From an uncultured delta proteobacterium (lineage in GTDB: Bacteria > Myxococcota_A > Polyangia > Polyangiales > Polyangiaceae): a stretch of DNA of 64,000 nucleotides. The position numbers were made by a program, and so were the translations under genes. The notes beneath the pieces are model-generated. The model saw only the letters and a list, made by a program, of their open reading frames with translations, made no database searches and was not told the DNA's origin. Within the stretch, counting starts at the first letter, position 1. Each line of letters opens with the position of its first letter. Positions 1 to 8,548 of this stretch are shown piece after piece. The stretch is taken from NCBI GenBank assembly GCA_963696385.1, contig CAVOKF010000003.1, forward strand, positions 192,001-256,000, given 5' to 3'.

Positions 1-2776
1 ATTGACCCGGTTGAAACTTGCGGGCCGCCATCGGGGCGTGGACCACGATTTCGACGATGGTGGGAGTCAAGCGGTTGATGGCGTGCACTCTCGGGACGAG
101 CTCTTCATCGAGCCGCTCGAAGAGCGCGCGCAACTCGGCGTCCCGCGTCGCCGGCGCCTCGCACGATAAATCGTCGGGAAACAAGGACGCGACGTGGGCA
201 TAACCGTCCTTGGCGCTCGCCATCGCCTTGACGACGCTGCCGGCGTAGTGCGGATGATTGTCTCCGTAAAACGATACCGTGTGACCATCCTTCAGATAAC
301 TCGTAAAAAAGCCGTCGCGAGCCCGAGTGGCCCTCTCGAGAGTGATCCGCCGATTTGCGTCGACTCTCGCGACATAGGGCCGGAAATACTCATTGCGGTC
401 GTCGAGATCGAAGGTGCCCGGATATTCTTTTTCGTAAATGACGTTCGGGCTGGTCCCGGCCGCTACGCACACGGTACGTGCCGGCAGATCGATCGTGCTG
501 CCATCGGATCGTTTGAACCGGACCGCCTCTACGGAACGGCGCGTGTCGAGCACCGCCTCGACCGGCGACATGTGCTCGACGTATCGCACCCCTTCCTCGA
601 GGCTCTTCGCCACCTCTTCATGATTCAGCCGATACGCAGGCGAATCGCGCAGGGCCTTTCGGTACACGACGGTGACGCCTCCCCAGCCTTCCAGAAGCTT
701 CTGCACACGCGGTTCCCGCGACTCGGCGACGGCCAGTCTCTTCTCGGCACGCAACTCGCGACCATGTGTCAGGTGACGTTGCAACGCCTCCCACTCGTCA
801 TCGTCGAACCGCGCCCGCAAGTCGGCCTCCGAGTAGCCGCGACGCAGCAAGAGCTCGTAGCGCGTCAACTCCTTGTCGATCTGAATCTGATAATAGGCGA
901 GCAGTTCGGTCGCGGTATCGATCGCCGTGAGTCCGCCACCAATGACGATCGCGGGCAAGCTCACTTGCAAGTTGGCGATGCTCGTCCGTTTGTATGCGCC
1001 CGTAAGTTGCAGACCCATCAGAAAGTCGCTGGCCTTGCGAATGCCTCGCGCCAAGTTATTCTTCATGTCGATGATCGTCGGGCGCCCGGCACCTGCCGAG
1101 ATCGCCACATGGTCGAAGCCGAGCGCCCACGCGTCGTCGAGGGTGATCGTGCCGCCAAAGCGAACCCCCCCATACATCCTAATGCGCGGATGGCGCGCGA
1201 GCGTAAGCTGGATCAACCTGAGAAAGTTTTTGTCCCAGCGAACCGTGATCCCGTATTCGCTCACTCCACCGAAGCCGAGAAGCTTGCGATCGTCCAGTTC
1301 CGAATAGAGCGAAGCGACGTCTCGAATCGGCACCGGCGGGCGGTCCGGGGATCCACTCAGCGCGCCGTCGACGGGCTCGATTTTCAATCCATCGACCGCG
1401 ACTACGCCAAACCCCTCGCATGCGAGGTGGTGCGCCAGCGTGTATCCCGCGGGCCCCAGACCCACGACGAGAACGTTCCTGCCGCGGTAGGGGCGCATGA
1501 CCGGTCGGCTCACGTTGAGCGGGTTCCAGCGCGTCAAGAATTGATAGATTTCCAACCCCCACGGTAGCGCCAAGGTCTCGGTCAACACCCGTGTCTCGAC
1601 CTGTGGGATGTTGACGGGTTGCTGCTTCTGGAAGATGCACGACTTCATGCAGTCATTGCAGATGCGATGACCCGTCCCCGGGCACATAGGGTTGTCGATC
1701 GCGATCAGCGCCATGGCCGCGATCAGCTCGCCTATTTTTCGCATGGCGTGCATCTCGCTGATCTTTTCTTCGAGAGGGCAACCCTCGAGCAGGACCCCCA
1801 GCGGATTCTTCTTCGCGGCGCCCGTCTTCGTATCCACAAGGCCCTTGCTGCACGAGTCCTTCTCGCGGTCGTGGCACAAAAGGCAGTAGTCGATCTCTTG
1901 TTCGACCTCGCGCTCGGTCATCCGGCGGTCGGTGAGCCGAAAACCGAGACGCTGCCGCCGGTCGTGCTGAGGTCCGACGAGCAGCTCGGGAAGTGCCGCA
2001 TCGGGTCGCTCGAGCTCGACCAAACGCGAATAGTCGAGAGCTTTCGCAACGTGCATCGTCGGCCAACGTGAACAAGGGTCGTGCTTGTCGGCGTGCCGCG
2101 CCGAAAGCCACGCCTCGAGCGCATCGAGGGCAAACGCCACGACGCGGCCCAGCGACGCATCGTCTTCTTTAGCGCACGCGTCGGGCAAGAATGGGGCGAC
2201 CGCAACACAAACCTTGCGCGCGCGAGCGCGCATCGCATCGGTCCACTCGGCGCCTCCGGCTTTGGCGGCCTTGCGGGCGACGTCATCGATCTCGAGAAGC
2301 GAAAGCGCAGCGTTCGCGACCGTCGCTTCCTCATCGGTGGTGCCTCCGATCGGAGCCGCTGTCATCGACTGCAACGCGGCCTTGGCGACACCGGCGGCGA
2401 CCTGCGCCCCTCGAGTCCACGCCTTGCCCGCTTCCGCCCGGAGTACGCGTTTCTTCACGAACTCCTTGCGGAACTGCCACAGCGGATCCCGCCCCCGGAC
2501 GTCTTCGCGAAATGCGTCGAGTTCGCGCTCGATGTCGAAAAGCTTCCCGACAAAGCGCCCCACCAATGGGGCTGCAGCGAGCAGCGCTTCGCTCCGGGCC
2601 AAGCCCGACATTCCATGCCCCCGGCAGCTGCGGTACGCGTCGAAAAGCGCATGGCGATCGGGCGACTCCCTCTTGAACCATGCGTCGAATGCCGCGTACA
2701 GCCCGTCGAGCTTGAACGGGTCGTAGAGATCGGCATAGACGAATCCCTCGAGGCCGAGACGCAGCGTCGAGGGCAT
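1..2776 (-). CDS. Large FAD/Fe-S oxidoreductase (GltD/NfnB-like region followed by a PyrK/NfnA-like region); 3' end runs off the window
   Basis: Absent from the ORF track because it has no stop in the window. Manual translation from ATG 2776 (alternative in-frame ATG 2851) gives MPSTLRLGLEGFVYADLYDP..., CLLCHDREKDSC...GCPLEEKISEMH, GHRICNDCMKSC, Rossmann motif VLVVGLGPAG, and ends ...TPTIVEIVVHAPMAARKFQPGQ at base 2. Long + strand ORFs here are its antisense shadows. Confidence 0.85.
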   Translation of the reverse strand, partial: MPSTLRLGLEGFVYADLYDPFKLDGLYAAFDAWFKRESPDRHALFDAYRSCRGHGMSGLARSEALLAAAPLVGRFVGKLFDIERELDAFREDVRGRDPLWQFRKEFVKKRVLRAEAGKAWTRGAQVAAGVAKAALQSMTAAPIGGTTDEEATVANAALSLLEIDDVARKAAKAGGAEWTDAMRARARKVCVAVAPFLPDACAKEDDASLGRVVAFALDALEAWLSARHADKHDPCSRWPTMHVAKALDYSRLVELERPDAALPELLVGPQHDRRQRLGFRLTDRRMTEREVEQEIDYCLLCHDREKDSCSKGLVDTKTGAAKKNPLGVLLEGCPLEEKISEMHAMRKIGELIAAMALIAIDNPMCPGTGHRICNDCMKSCIFQKQQPVNIPQVETRVLTETLALPWGLEIYQFLTRWNPLNVSRPVMRPYRGRNVLVVGLGPAGYTLAHHLACEGFGVVAVDGLKIEPVDGALSGSPDRPPVPIRDVASLYSELDDRKLLGFGGVSEYGITVRWDKNFLRLIQLTLARHPRIRMYGGVRFGGTITLDDAWALGFDHVAISAGAGRPTIIDMKNNLARGIRKASDFLMGLQLTGAYKRTSIANLQVSLPAIVIGGGLTAIDTATELLAYYQIQIDKELTRYELLLRRGYSEADLRARFDDDEWEALQRHLTHGRELRAEKRLAVAESREPRVQKLLEGWGGVTVVYRKALRDSPAYRLNHEEVAKSLEEGVRYVEHMSPVEAVLDTRRSVEAVRFKRSDGSTIDLPARTVCVAAGTSPNVIYEKEYPGTFDLDDRNEYFRPYVARVDANRRITLERATRARDGFFTSYLKDGHTVSFYGDNHPHYAGSVVKAMASAKDGYAHVASLFPDDLSCEAPATRDAELRALFERLDEELVPRVHAINRLTPTIVEIVVHAPMAARKFQPGQ

Positions 2777-2954
2777 GTCCGCAGCCGGCGGATGGGCCTT
2801 CGCGGGGTCAGCCGTCGGAGCGGGCCCGGCTCCATTCGGAGTCACGTGCATCGGCCATGCAACCAGGCGCTTTTCGCGCGACTTTCCCCGGCCGGTACGG
2901 ACTCAACGGCCCTACGTAGAAGAATCCATGGTGCGCAAGGTATCCTCATGGCTA

Positions 2955-3248
2955 TCATTTTCTCGACTCGGAATCTGCACTCGGGGTCCAAGCTGTCTGC
3001 GCGAGCTCGCCCTCCTCGAATCCGAAGTAGATGGCGCACTGCTTGAGCATGAAGCTCTGTCCCTCGGGCGTTACCAAGTCGACCCGGTACGTATTGATGA
3101 ACCGCACGGAATCCTTGAGCCACTGTTGCCAGGCTTCCTTCGAGACTTGTTCGAAGAGGCGCTTTCCAAGGTCGTTTCTGAACGGCGGGCGATCCAATCC
3201 CGGCAAATCCTTCTTGAGCAAGCGGCAGTGGACGATGCGATCCGGCAT
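2955..3248 (-). CDS. yggX: Fe(II)-trafficking / oxidative damage protection protein (YggX family)
   Basis: MPDRIVHCRLLKKDLPGLDRPPF...LGKRLFEQVSKEAWQQW..FIN matches YggX. Start moved to ATG 3248. Confidence 0.9.
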   Translation of the reverse strand: MPDRIVHCRLLKKDLPGLDRPPFRNDLGKRLFEQVSKEAWQQWLKDSVRFINTYRVDLVTPEGQSFMLKQCAIYFGFEEGELAQTAWTPSADSESRK

Positions 3249-3373
3249 AGCGCCGGACCCATAGCCGCGCGCTGCCCCGCGCGCCAGCCGCGGCGGCGGA
3301 TCCAGGCCGGGAAACCCGGGTCCACCCGACCGGGTGCACCGGGTTCGGGGACGCCCCGGTGCCCCGGACCCGG

Positions 3374-4174
3374 TCAAAAGCCGAACGCGAGCTGATCCGC
3401 ATGCGATCCTGGGCAAACCCTTGCCGTGTCGAATCGACGAGGCACCCCGTGCGCCAGCGCCTCGACGGCAAGACGTCGCAGGCGCGAGCCCACGACATCG
3501 AGCGCCCGTTCGGGTGTGTTGTTCGCCCTCGATAGATGAAGCAAGACCAAACGCGCCACGCGTGTGCTCTCGAGAGACACCGCCACGTCCGCCGCTTGTT
3601 CGTTCGCCAAGTGTCCAAGCGGCCCGCCAACCCGACTCCTCAAGCGGGGCGGATACGGACCCGCCGCGAGCATCTGCGGACAGTAGTTCGACTCGAGCAA
3701 GGCGAGATCGCAGCCCGCGAGAAAGTGACGCAACTCGCGCGGGGCGTGGCCCAGGTCCGTAGCGATGCCCACGCGATGCCCGTTGGCCGAGACTCGGATG
3801 GCGGCATGAGGCGCATCGTGGGGGATGCTCAGCGATTCGACGATGAAGGGGCCCAACACGAGCGACCTGCCCGGAACGTAAGGGCGCACCTCGACACGCC
3901 GCCGTACTCGGTCGATCGCCACCCCGTCGTGCGCGAAAATGGGAGTCCGCAGAGCGCGTGCAAGCGGGTGGGCGTACGCGGCATGGTCGCCATGCTCATG
4001 GGTGACCAAGAGGCCCAACGGCGGGTGGGACGTGACCAAGTCGGCTCCGAGCGTCCGCATGCGCTCGATCGCGCGTGTGGGTCCAAGTCCAGCGTCGATG
4101 ATCAGCCGATCGCCTTCCGCCTCGACAACGAGGCAGTTGCCGCTCGACCCACTCCCCAGGATGAACACGCGCAA
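3374..4174 (-). CDS. MBL-fold metallo-hydrolase (YycJ/WalJ-like)
   Basis: LGSGSSGN, IIDAG, THEHGDH (HxHxDH), PHDA, ATDLG, LESNY, GHLAN and LHLS motifs. Probable TTG start at 4174. Confidence 0.88.
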   Translation of the reverse strand: MRVFILGSGSSGNCLVVEAEGDRLIIDAGLGPTRAIERMRTLGADLVTSHPPLGLLVTHEHGDHAAYAHPLARALRTPIFAHDGVAIDRVRRRVEVRPYVPGRSLVLGPFIVESLSIPHDAPHAAIRVSANGHRVGIATDLGHAPRELRHFLAGCDLALLESNYCPQMLAAGPYPPRLRSRVGGPLGHLANEQAADVAVSLESTRVARLVLLHLSRANNTPERALDVVGSRLRRLAVEALAHGVPRRFDTARVCPGSHADQLAFGF

Positions 4175-4305
4175 CGGCCCTTTTTTACCATGCCCTTGCC
4201 GGCCGGCCGAGCCGAAGAGAAACGCGGCACGGAAACGGCACTCGCGTATATGATGTCGCCCGCGGCCGGACGCCGGCGTGACGAACGGCGTGACGATGGC
4301 GAACA

Positions 4306-6066
4306 ATGGCACCCATGACCGAGCGCCGATGCGTGCACTGCGGCCAAACGTTGGCCGAAGGAGCCAACTTTTGCGCTGAGTGCGGGGCTCCCAGCGGGCC
4401 GTCTCGCCCTTCTTCCACGACGACGTCGCCCGCCGCAACGAGCGCCCCAACGCCGACGACAGCCGCCGCTTTGGCCACGCCGACCGCGTCGACCACCTTG
4501 CTGCACTTCGGAACACTGGCCGGGCCGGCAGCCGACGCGGCGTCGCCCGCGAAACGTTCTAACCCTGACTTGAGCCGGACCATGATCGGCATGGCCGACC
4601 CACCCACCGGTGCCCCGCGGGGTTCGGCTCCGCAGCCGCCCGTCCAGAATCCGGCGAGGCAAACGATGCTCGGGGTCGCTGTTCCCGGAATCGCCCCGCT
4701 TCGTGCTGGTGAGCCCCCTTCGCCCGCTTACCCTCGTGCCCGGGACGAGGCACCGGTGAACGTTGCGGCGGTTTCGGCGTCCGCGCGGACCCCTTCCCCC
4801 GCGAGCGCCGCGGCGCCACCGCCCGAACCCCTCGCCGATATACCGACTCCGGTCCCGCCGCGACTCGCCGCAAGGCGCGGCGTACCGATCACGGCGGTAG
4901 CGCTCTTGACCGCGTCTTTCGTTCTTGTCGCCGGACTCACAACAGCCTGGTTGTGGCGCGGATCTCCACCCATCGCCGCGGAGGCGCGATCTTCACCCGA
5001 CGGACGAGACGTCATCTCCCTGCACTGCGACCCCAGCAGCTGTCGAGACGGCACCACGGTCGAGGCCGGTGGCGCCAAGGGAACCTTCGCTGCGGGGGAA
5101 GTGGAACTCGTGCTAGCCGATTCGCTGCACGTCGGTCCCAATCGGCTCTCTCTGCGCGTCGATCGGCCCGGTATGGGCCGCGACGAGGTGTTGTCGCTCC
5201 TCGTTCCGGTGGCGTATCGCGTACGCGCCGACGTCTCCACGATGAACGGCCCGCGTCCGTCTATCGTCATCCGCGTCGACGCTGCGCCGGGTAGCGACGT
5301 GACCCTGGACGGAAAGAATCTAACGCTCGATCCGCACGGTGCGGGCGCCTACGCAGTCGACGAATCGTCTGCGACCGAAGGGCCTGCGGACGAATCCCGC
5401 GTCGTCGCTCTTGACGTCGGCTACCGGGTCACCGCTTCGGGGCGCGAGGCAGGGCGCGGGACCGTCAGCGCCCGCGTGGCGGTCGCTCCTCTTCACGTCG
5501 ATGTGCCGGGCTCCCACGCCGTCGTGACTCGTGACGCCATCGTGATCGCCGGACGCGCGGCGAAGGGCGCATCGGTCAGCGTGGACGGCAACTCGGTCGA
5601 CGTCGACGCCGACGGTCTCTTCGAGACCAGCGTAACGATCCCTGGGCTCGGCGAACGGACCCTTGAGGTGCGCACCCTGACCCCGGTCCTCGTCGCACGG
5701 ACCGTGCACGTTCTGGTCAAGCGGGTGGCCAGCCTTGCGTCCGAGGCCAGGGACTTCGAACGCCAGAACCTCATCGGATACGACGCGGCCGTCGCGAGCT
5801 CGGCCGATAGCGTCGGCCGACCCGTGGTCGTCGAGGGCGATGTCATCGAGTCGCGGACATTCGGACATCGCACAGTCGCACTGGTCGACGATCGGCGCGG
5901 ATGCGCTCGGGGGCCCTGTCTAGCGCGCGTCGTGATCCGCCAGGATGTTGCGATTGTGACGGGCAAAATGGTCCGTGCGTACGGTCACTTCACCCATCCG
6001 TATGCGACCTCTCCGGGGCAAACCGTGCCCGAGGTCGAAGCCGACTTCATCAGTTCCGGGAAATGA
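4306..6066 (+). CDS. Zinc-ribbon, Pro/Ala-rich, single-TM protein with extracytoplasmic beta-rich (Ig-like) domains and a possible C-terminal OB-fold
   Basis: N-terminal CxxC...CxxC, low-complexity linker, hydrophobic helix (ITAVALLTASFVLVAGLTTAWLW), beta-rich C-terminus. ATGA overlap with the next gene. Confidence 0.7.
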   Translation: MAPMTERRCVHCGQTLAEGANFCAECGAPSGPSRPSSTTTSPAATSAPTPTTAAALATPTASTTLLHFGTLAGPAADAASPAKRSNPDLSRTMIGMADPPTGAPRGSAPQPPVQNPARQTMLGVAVPGIAPLRAGEPPSPAYPRARDEAPVNVAAVSASARTPSPASAAAPPPEPLADIPTPVPPRLAARRGVPITAVALLTASFVLVAGLTTAWLWRGSPPIAAEARSSPDGRDVISLHCDPSSCRDGTTVEAGGAKGTFAAGEVELVLADSLHVGPNRLSLRVDRPGMGRDEVLSLLVPVAYRVRADVSTMNGPRPSIVIRVDAAPGSDVTLDGKNLTLDPHGAGAYAVDESSATEGPADESRVVALDVGYRVTASGREAGRGTVSARVAVAPLHVDVPGSHAVVTRDAIVIAGRAAKGASVSVDGNSVDVDADGLFETSVTIPGLGERTLEVRTLTPVLVARTVHVLVKRVASLASEARDFERQNLIGYDAAVASSADSVGRPVVVEGDVIESRTFGHRTVALVDDRRGCARGPCLARVVIRQDVAIVTGKMVRAYGHFTHPYATSPGQTVPEVEADFISSGK

Positions 6067-7406
6067 CGACCCAAGCCCAGGTCGCGTGTGCGGCGATCGC
6101 TTTCGCCGCAGCATGCGCTGCGGGCCATCTGGCCGCTCGTGGACAGGGCGTGGACGTCGAACGACCGAGGACGATCGTGGTCGGACACGCCGCCTGCGGC
6201 GCGCCGGTGGATCGAATCGACACCGCGCGCACGGGGCTCGCCCGCACTTTCTTGCCGTCGACGGCGCTGCGCAGCCCATGGCGGATGTCGTTGGGAATGC
6301 CGGTAGACCACGCCCCGCTGATCGACGCGCGCGGCCAGATTTACGTGGTCGGAAATCAAGGCGAAATCGTGACGGTGTCACCCCGTGGCGACGAGCAATG
6401 GCGTGTGTCGACAGGAGGAGTCCAGGCGGGACCGGCCGCCCTTCTTTCGGACGACACGGTCGTCTTCGTCGACGGGGCTGGAGAGGCGCTCGGAGTGCGC
6501 GAAGGGACCCTCCGCTTTCGCACCCCGATCGGATCGCCGAGTGCCGCCCGCGCGGCGCCGCTTCCCTTGGACGACGGCGGCGTCGTGGTCGCTGCCGGCC
6601 GCGAGTTTGCCATGCTCGATTCGCAGGGCCGTCCAAGGGCCAACATCGAACTCCCTGAAGCGTCGGCGAACCCGATCGTTGCCGCGATGGGGAAAGTGGT
6701 CATCGTGACGACGAGCGGTGCGGTTTGGATCTGGCCACCGGGGGCGGCGGAGGCTATCCAGGTCGGCACTTTCGGTACTCCCATCGATGGCGGAGCCGGT
6801 CTGGCCGATAATCATACTCTCGTTGCCGTCACTGCAACCCATGCGCACTTGTACGCCATCGACCTGGTCGGGGGCACAACGACTGTTCGCGCGCGATCCA
6901 CCGGCGACCTCTGGCTTGGTCCGCCCGCGATGTTCGGCTCTACCGCGAATGTGACCGCTCTTTCGGCGGCCGGCGAGCAGATGGTCTCCGTCGATGCGGC
7001 CGGCGTAGAGACCCACACTGCGGTCGTAGTCAACACGGCATCGGCCCCCGACGGGGGCCTCGACGGGTGGTTGCCGCTTGCGCGCACGCCACCCTTGATC
7101 GACGCGTTGGGCCGTGTGGCGTTCGCGACGTTGGACGGGAGCGTGGCGGTTGCCGAGAGATCGAACGCCAACGGCGGCGTCGAAGTCGAGCGCCTTGCGC
7201 ACGTGTGCTTCCCCGAGCTCACCGGCGCTGCGAAAAGCGAATCTCCCATCGCAGGATTGGCTCCGCTGCGACCCTATGCGCTCGTGGCCGTCTGCCGGTC
7301 CGGAACAATGGTCGCCGTCGAAGGCTACGTCCGAGGCGAAGCGGCCACCTCGATAAGCGGTCAGGCCGAAGCGCGTACTGGCGAGCGTTGCCAAGGGCAC
7401 TTATAG
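6063..7406 (+). CDS. Secreted PQQ-like beta-propeller repeat protein
   Basis: ATG 6063 overlaps the upstream TGA. Signal-like N-terminus and repeated W-x-x / AP-x-D-x-x-G-x-x-Y-V blade motifs. Confidence 0.7.
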   Translation: MTTQAQVACAAIAFAAACAAGHLAARGQGVDVERPRTIVVGHAACGAPVDRIDTARTGLARTFLPSTALRSPWRMSLGMPVDHAPLIDARGQIYVVGNQGEIVTVSPRGDEQWRVSTGGVQAGPAALLSDDTVVFVDGAGEALGVREGTLRFRTPIGSPSAARAAPLPLDDGGVVVAAGREFAMLDSQGRPRANIELPEASANPIVAAMGKVVIVTTSGAVWIWPPGAAEAIQVGTFGTPIDGGAGLADNHTLVAVTATHAHLYAIDLVGGTTTVRARSTGDLWLGPPAMFGSTANVTALSAAGEQMVSVDAAGVETHTAVVVNTASAPDGGLDGWLPLARTPPLIDALGRVAFATLDGSVAVAERSNANGGVEVERLAHVCFPELTGAAKSESPIAGLAPLRPYALVAVCRSGTMVAVEGYVRGEAATSISGQAEARTGERCQGHL

Positions 7407-7484
7407 TACGGTTGACTCGGATCCAACGAGGGCAGCGTTACGAGGCCGTAACGCGAGCGACCTCACGAAGCGTAAGGTAAAGCC

Positions 7485-7808
7485 ATGATTACGATCACAG
7501 AGAAGGCCGCGCTCAAGGTCAAGGAAATCGCCGAGGCCGAAAATCTTCTTGGCCAAGGTTTGCGACTGCGTGTCATGGGCGGTGGGTGCGCCGGCTTTAG
7601 TTACGACCTGTATTTCGAAGACAAGTTGGGTGAGACGGATGAGCAGTTCGAGTCGAACGGCGTCAAGCTCTTCGTCGATCCGATGAGCTATCAGTACCTC
7701 GAAAACGTCGAAATTGACTATGTCGAGGGTCTGCACGGCGCAGGCTTCAAGTTCAATAACCCGAACTCGAAAGGTTCCTGCGGCTGCGGCTCGTCCTTTT
7801 CGGCCTAA
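7485..7808 (+). CDS. erpA: A-type iron-sulfur cluster carrier (HesB/IscA/ErpA)
   Basis: GGGCAGFSY and C-terminal SCGCGSSF motifs, 107 aa. The ErpA versus IscA subtype is not certain. Confidence 0.92.
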   Translation: MITITEKAALKVKEIAEAENLLGQGLRLRVMGGGCAGFSYDLYFEDKLGETDEQFESNGVKLFVDPMSYQYLENVEIDYVEGLHGAGFKFNNPNSKGSCGCGSSFSA

Positions 7809-7976
7809 ATACAGCGCCCCGTTGGACGCTACCCCGCTGCGCAGGTCTGAGTTGCAGGCTGGGCCTGTCCTTAAGCGGATTTCCTGGGGGCTTCGCCCCA
7901 ACCCCCCAAGCGCCTCCCGGCGTGTGCACTGCACTGCACCGCCCCGCTGACCCTTTGCCCTTGGGGCGGTGGGCTC
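7805..7976. repeat. Dispersed ~170-bp structured intergenic element, copy A
   Basis: Manual alignment to 62830-63003. Shared blocks: TACAGC(G/A)CCCCG, GCTGCGC, GTTGCAGGCTGG, GATTTCCT, GGGGCTTCGCCCCAA, CACCGCCC...CCCTTTG...GGGCGG. Confidence 0.8.
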
Positions 7977-8091
7977 AAGAACAGATAGACGCCCCGAACG
8001 CCGCGTTCCGCAGTGCGGCCGAGCGGCGCCGATCGATTCAAGGTCCGCTTTCGCCGAGCGCGCACCGGAAAAGGTTCCGGCCCCCTGCTGG

Positions 8092-8120
8092 TCGACGCAG
8101 GACTCAAACGTGCGTAAAGT
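8092..8120 (+). promoter_or_regulatory. Putative sigma70-type promoter of rnpB
   Basis: TCGACG (8092-8097), 17-bp spacer, TAAAGT (8115-8120), ending 7 nt before the predicted RNase P 5' end. Confidence 0.5.
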
Positions 8121-8127
8121 GACCCGT

Positions 8128-8548
8128 GTCGACGCCGCTCAGGCAATCGCTCGCTGCGCGTCCGGCAGCGGGAGGAAAGTCCGAGCTCCATAGAGCACGA
8201 TGCCGGATAACGTCCGGTGGCGGAAACGCCGAGGAGAGTGCCACAGAAAAGCAGACCACCGCCGCAATCGCTTCGGCGATCCGGCGGCAAGGGTGAAAAG
8301 GCGGGGTAAGAGCCCACCGCGCTCACGGTGACGTGATCGGCACGGCAAACCCCATCGGGAGCAAGGCCGCATAGGCAGGCGCCTCGACGCGTCCGGCGAC
8401 GGAGTCGTCGAGTCGAAGGGCGGCTCGTCCGAGCCTGCGGGTAGGCCGCTTGAGGCGTCGGGCAACCGGCGTCCCAGAGGAATGATTGCCTCCGCGGACG
8501 GGGTGACCCGCCCGTGAGACAGAACTCGGCTTACAGAGCGACATCGAC
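8128..8548 (+). ncRNA. rnpB: RNase P RNA, bacterial type A
   Basis: Conserved GAGGAAAGTCC (P4 5'), AGTGCCACAGAAA, GGTAAGAGCCCACCGC, GGCAAACCCC..GGGAGCAAGGCC, ACAGAACTCGGCTTA (P4 3'). P1 pairs GTCGACGCCGCTC with GAGCGACATCGAC. Confidence 0.97.

Noticed and set aside
194..3046. Long + strand ORFs (457, 150 and 321 aa)
   Set aside because: They are in-register antisense shadows of the minus-strand oxidoreductase, with no recognisable motifs. This is typical of high-GC DNA.
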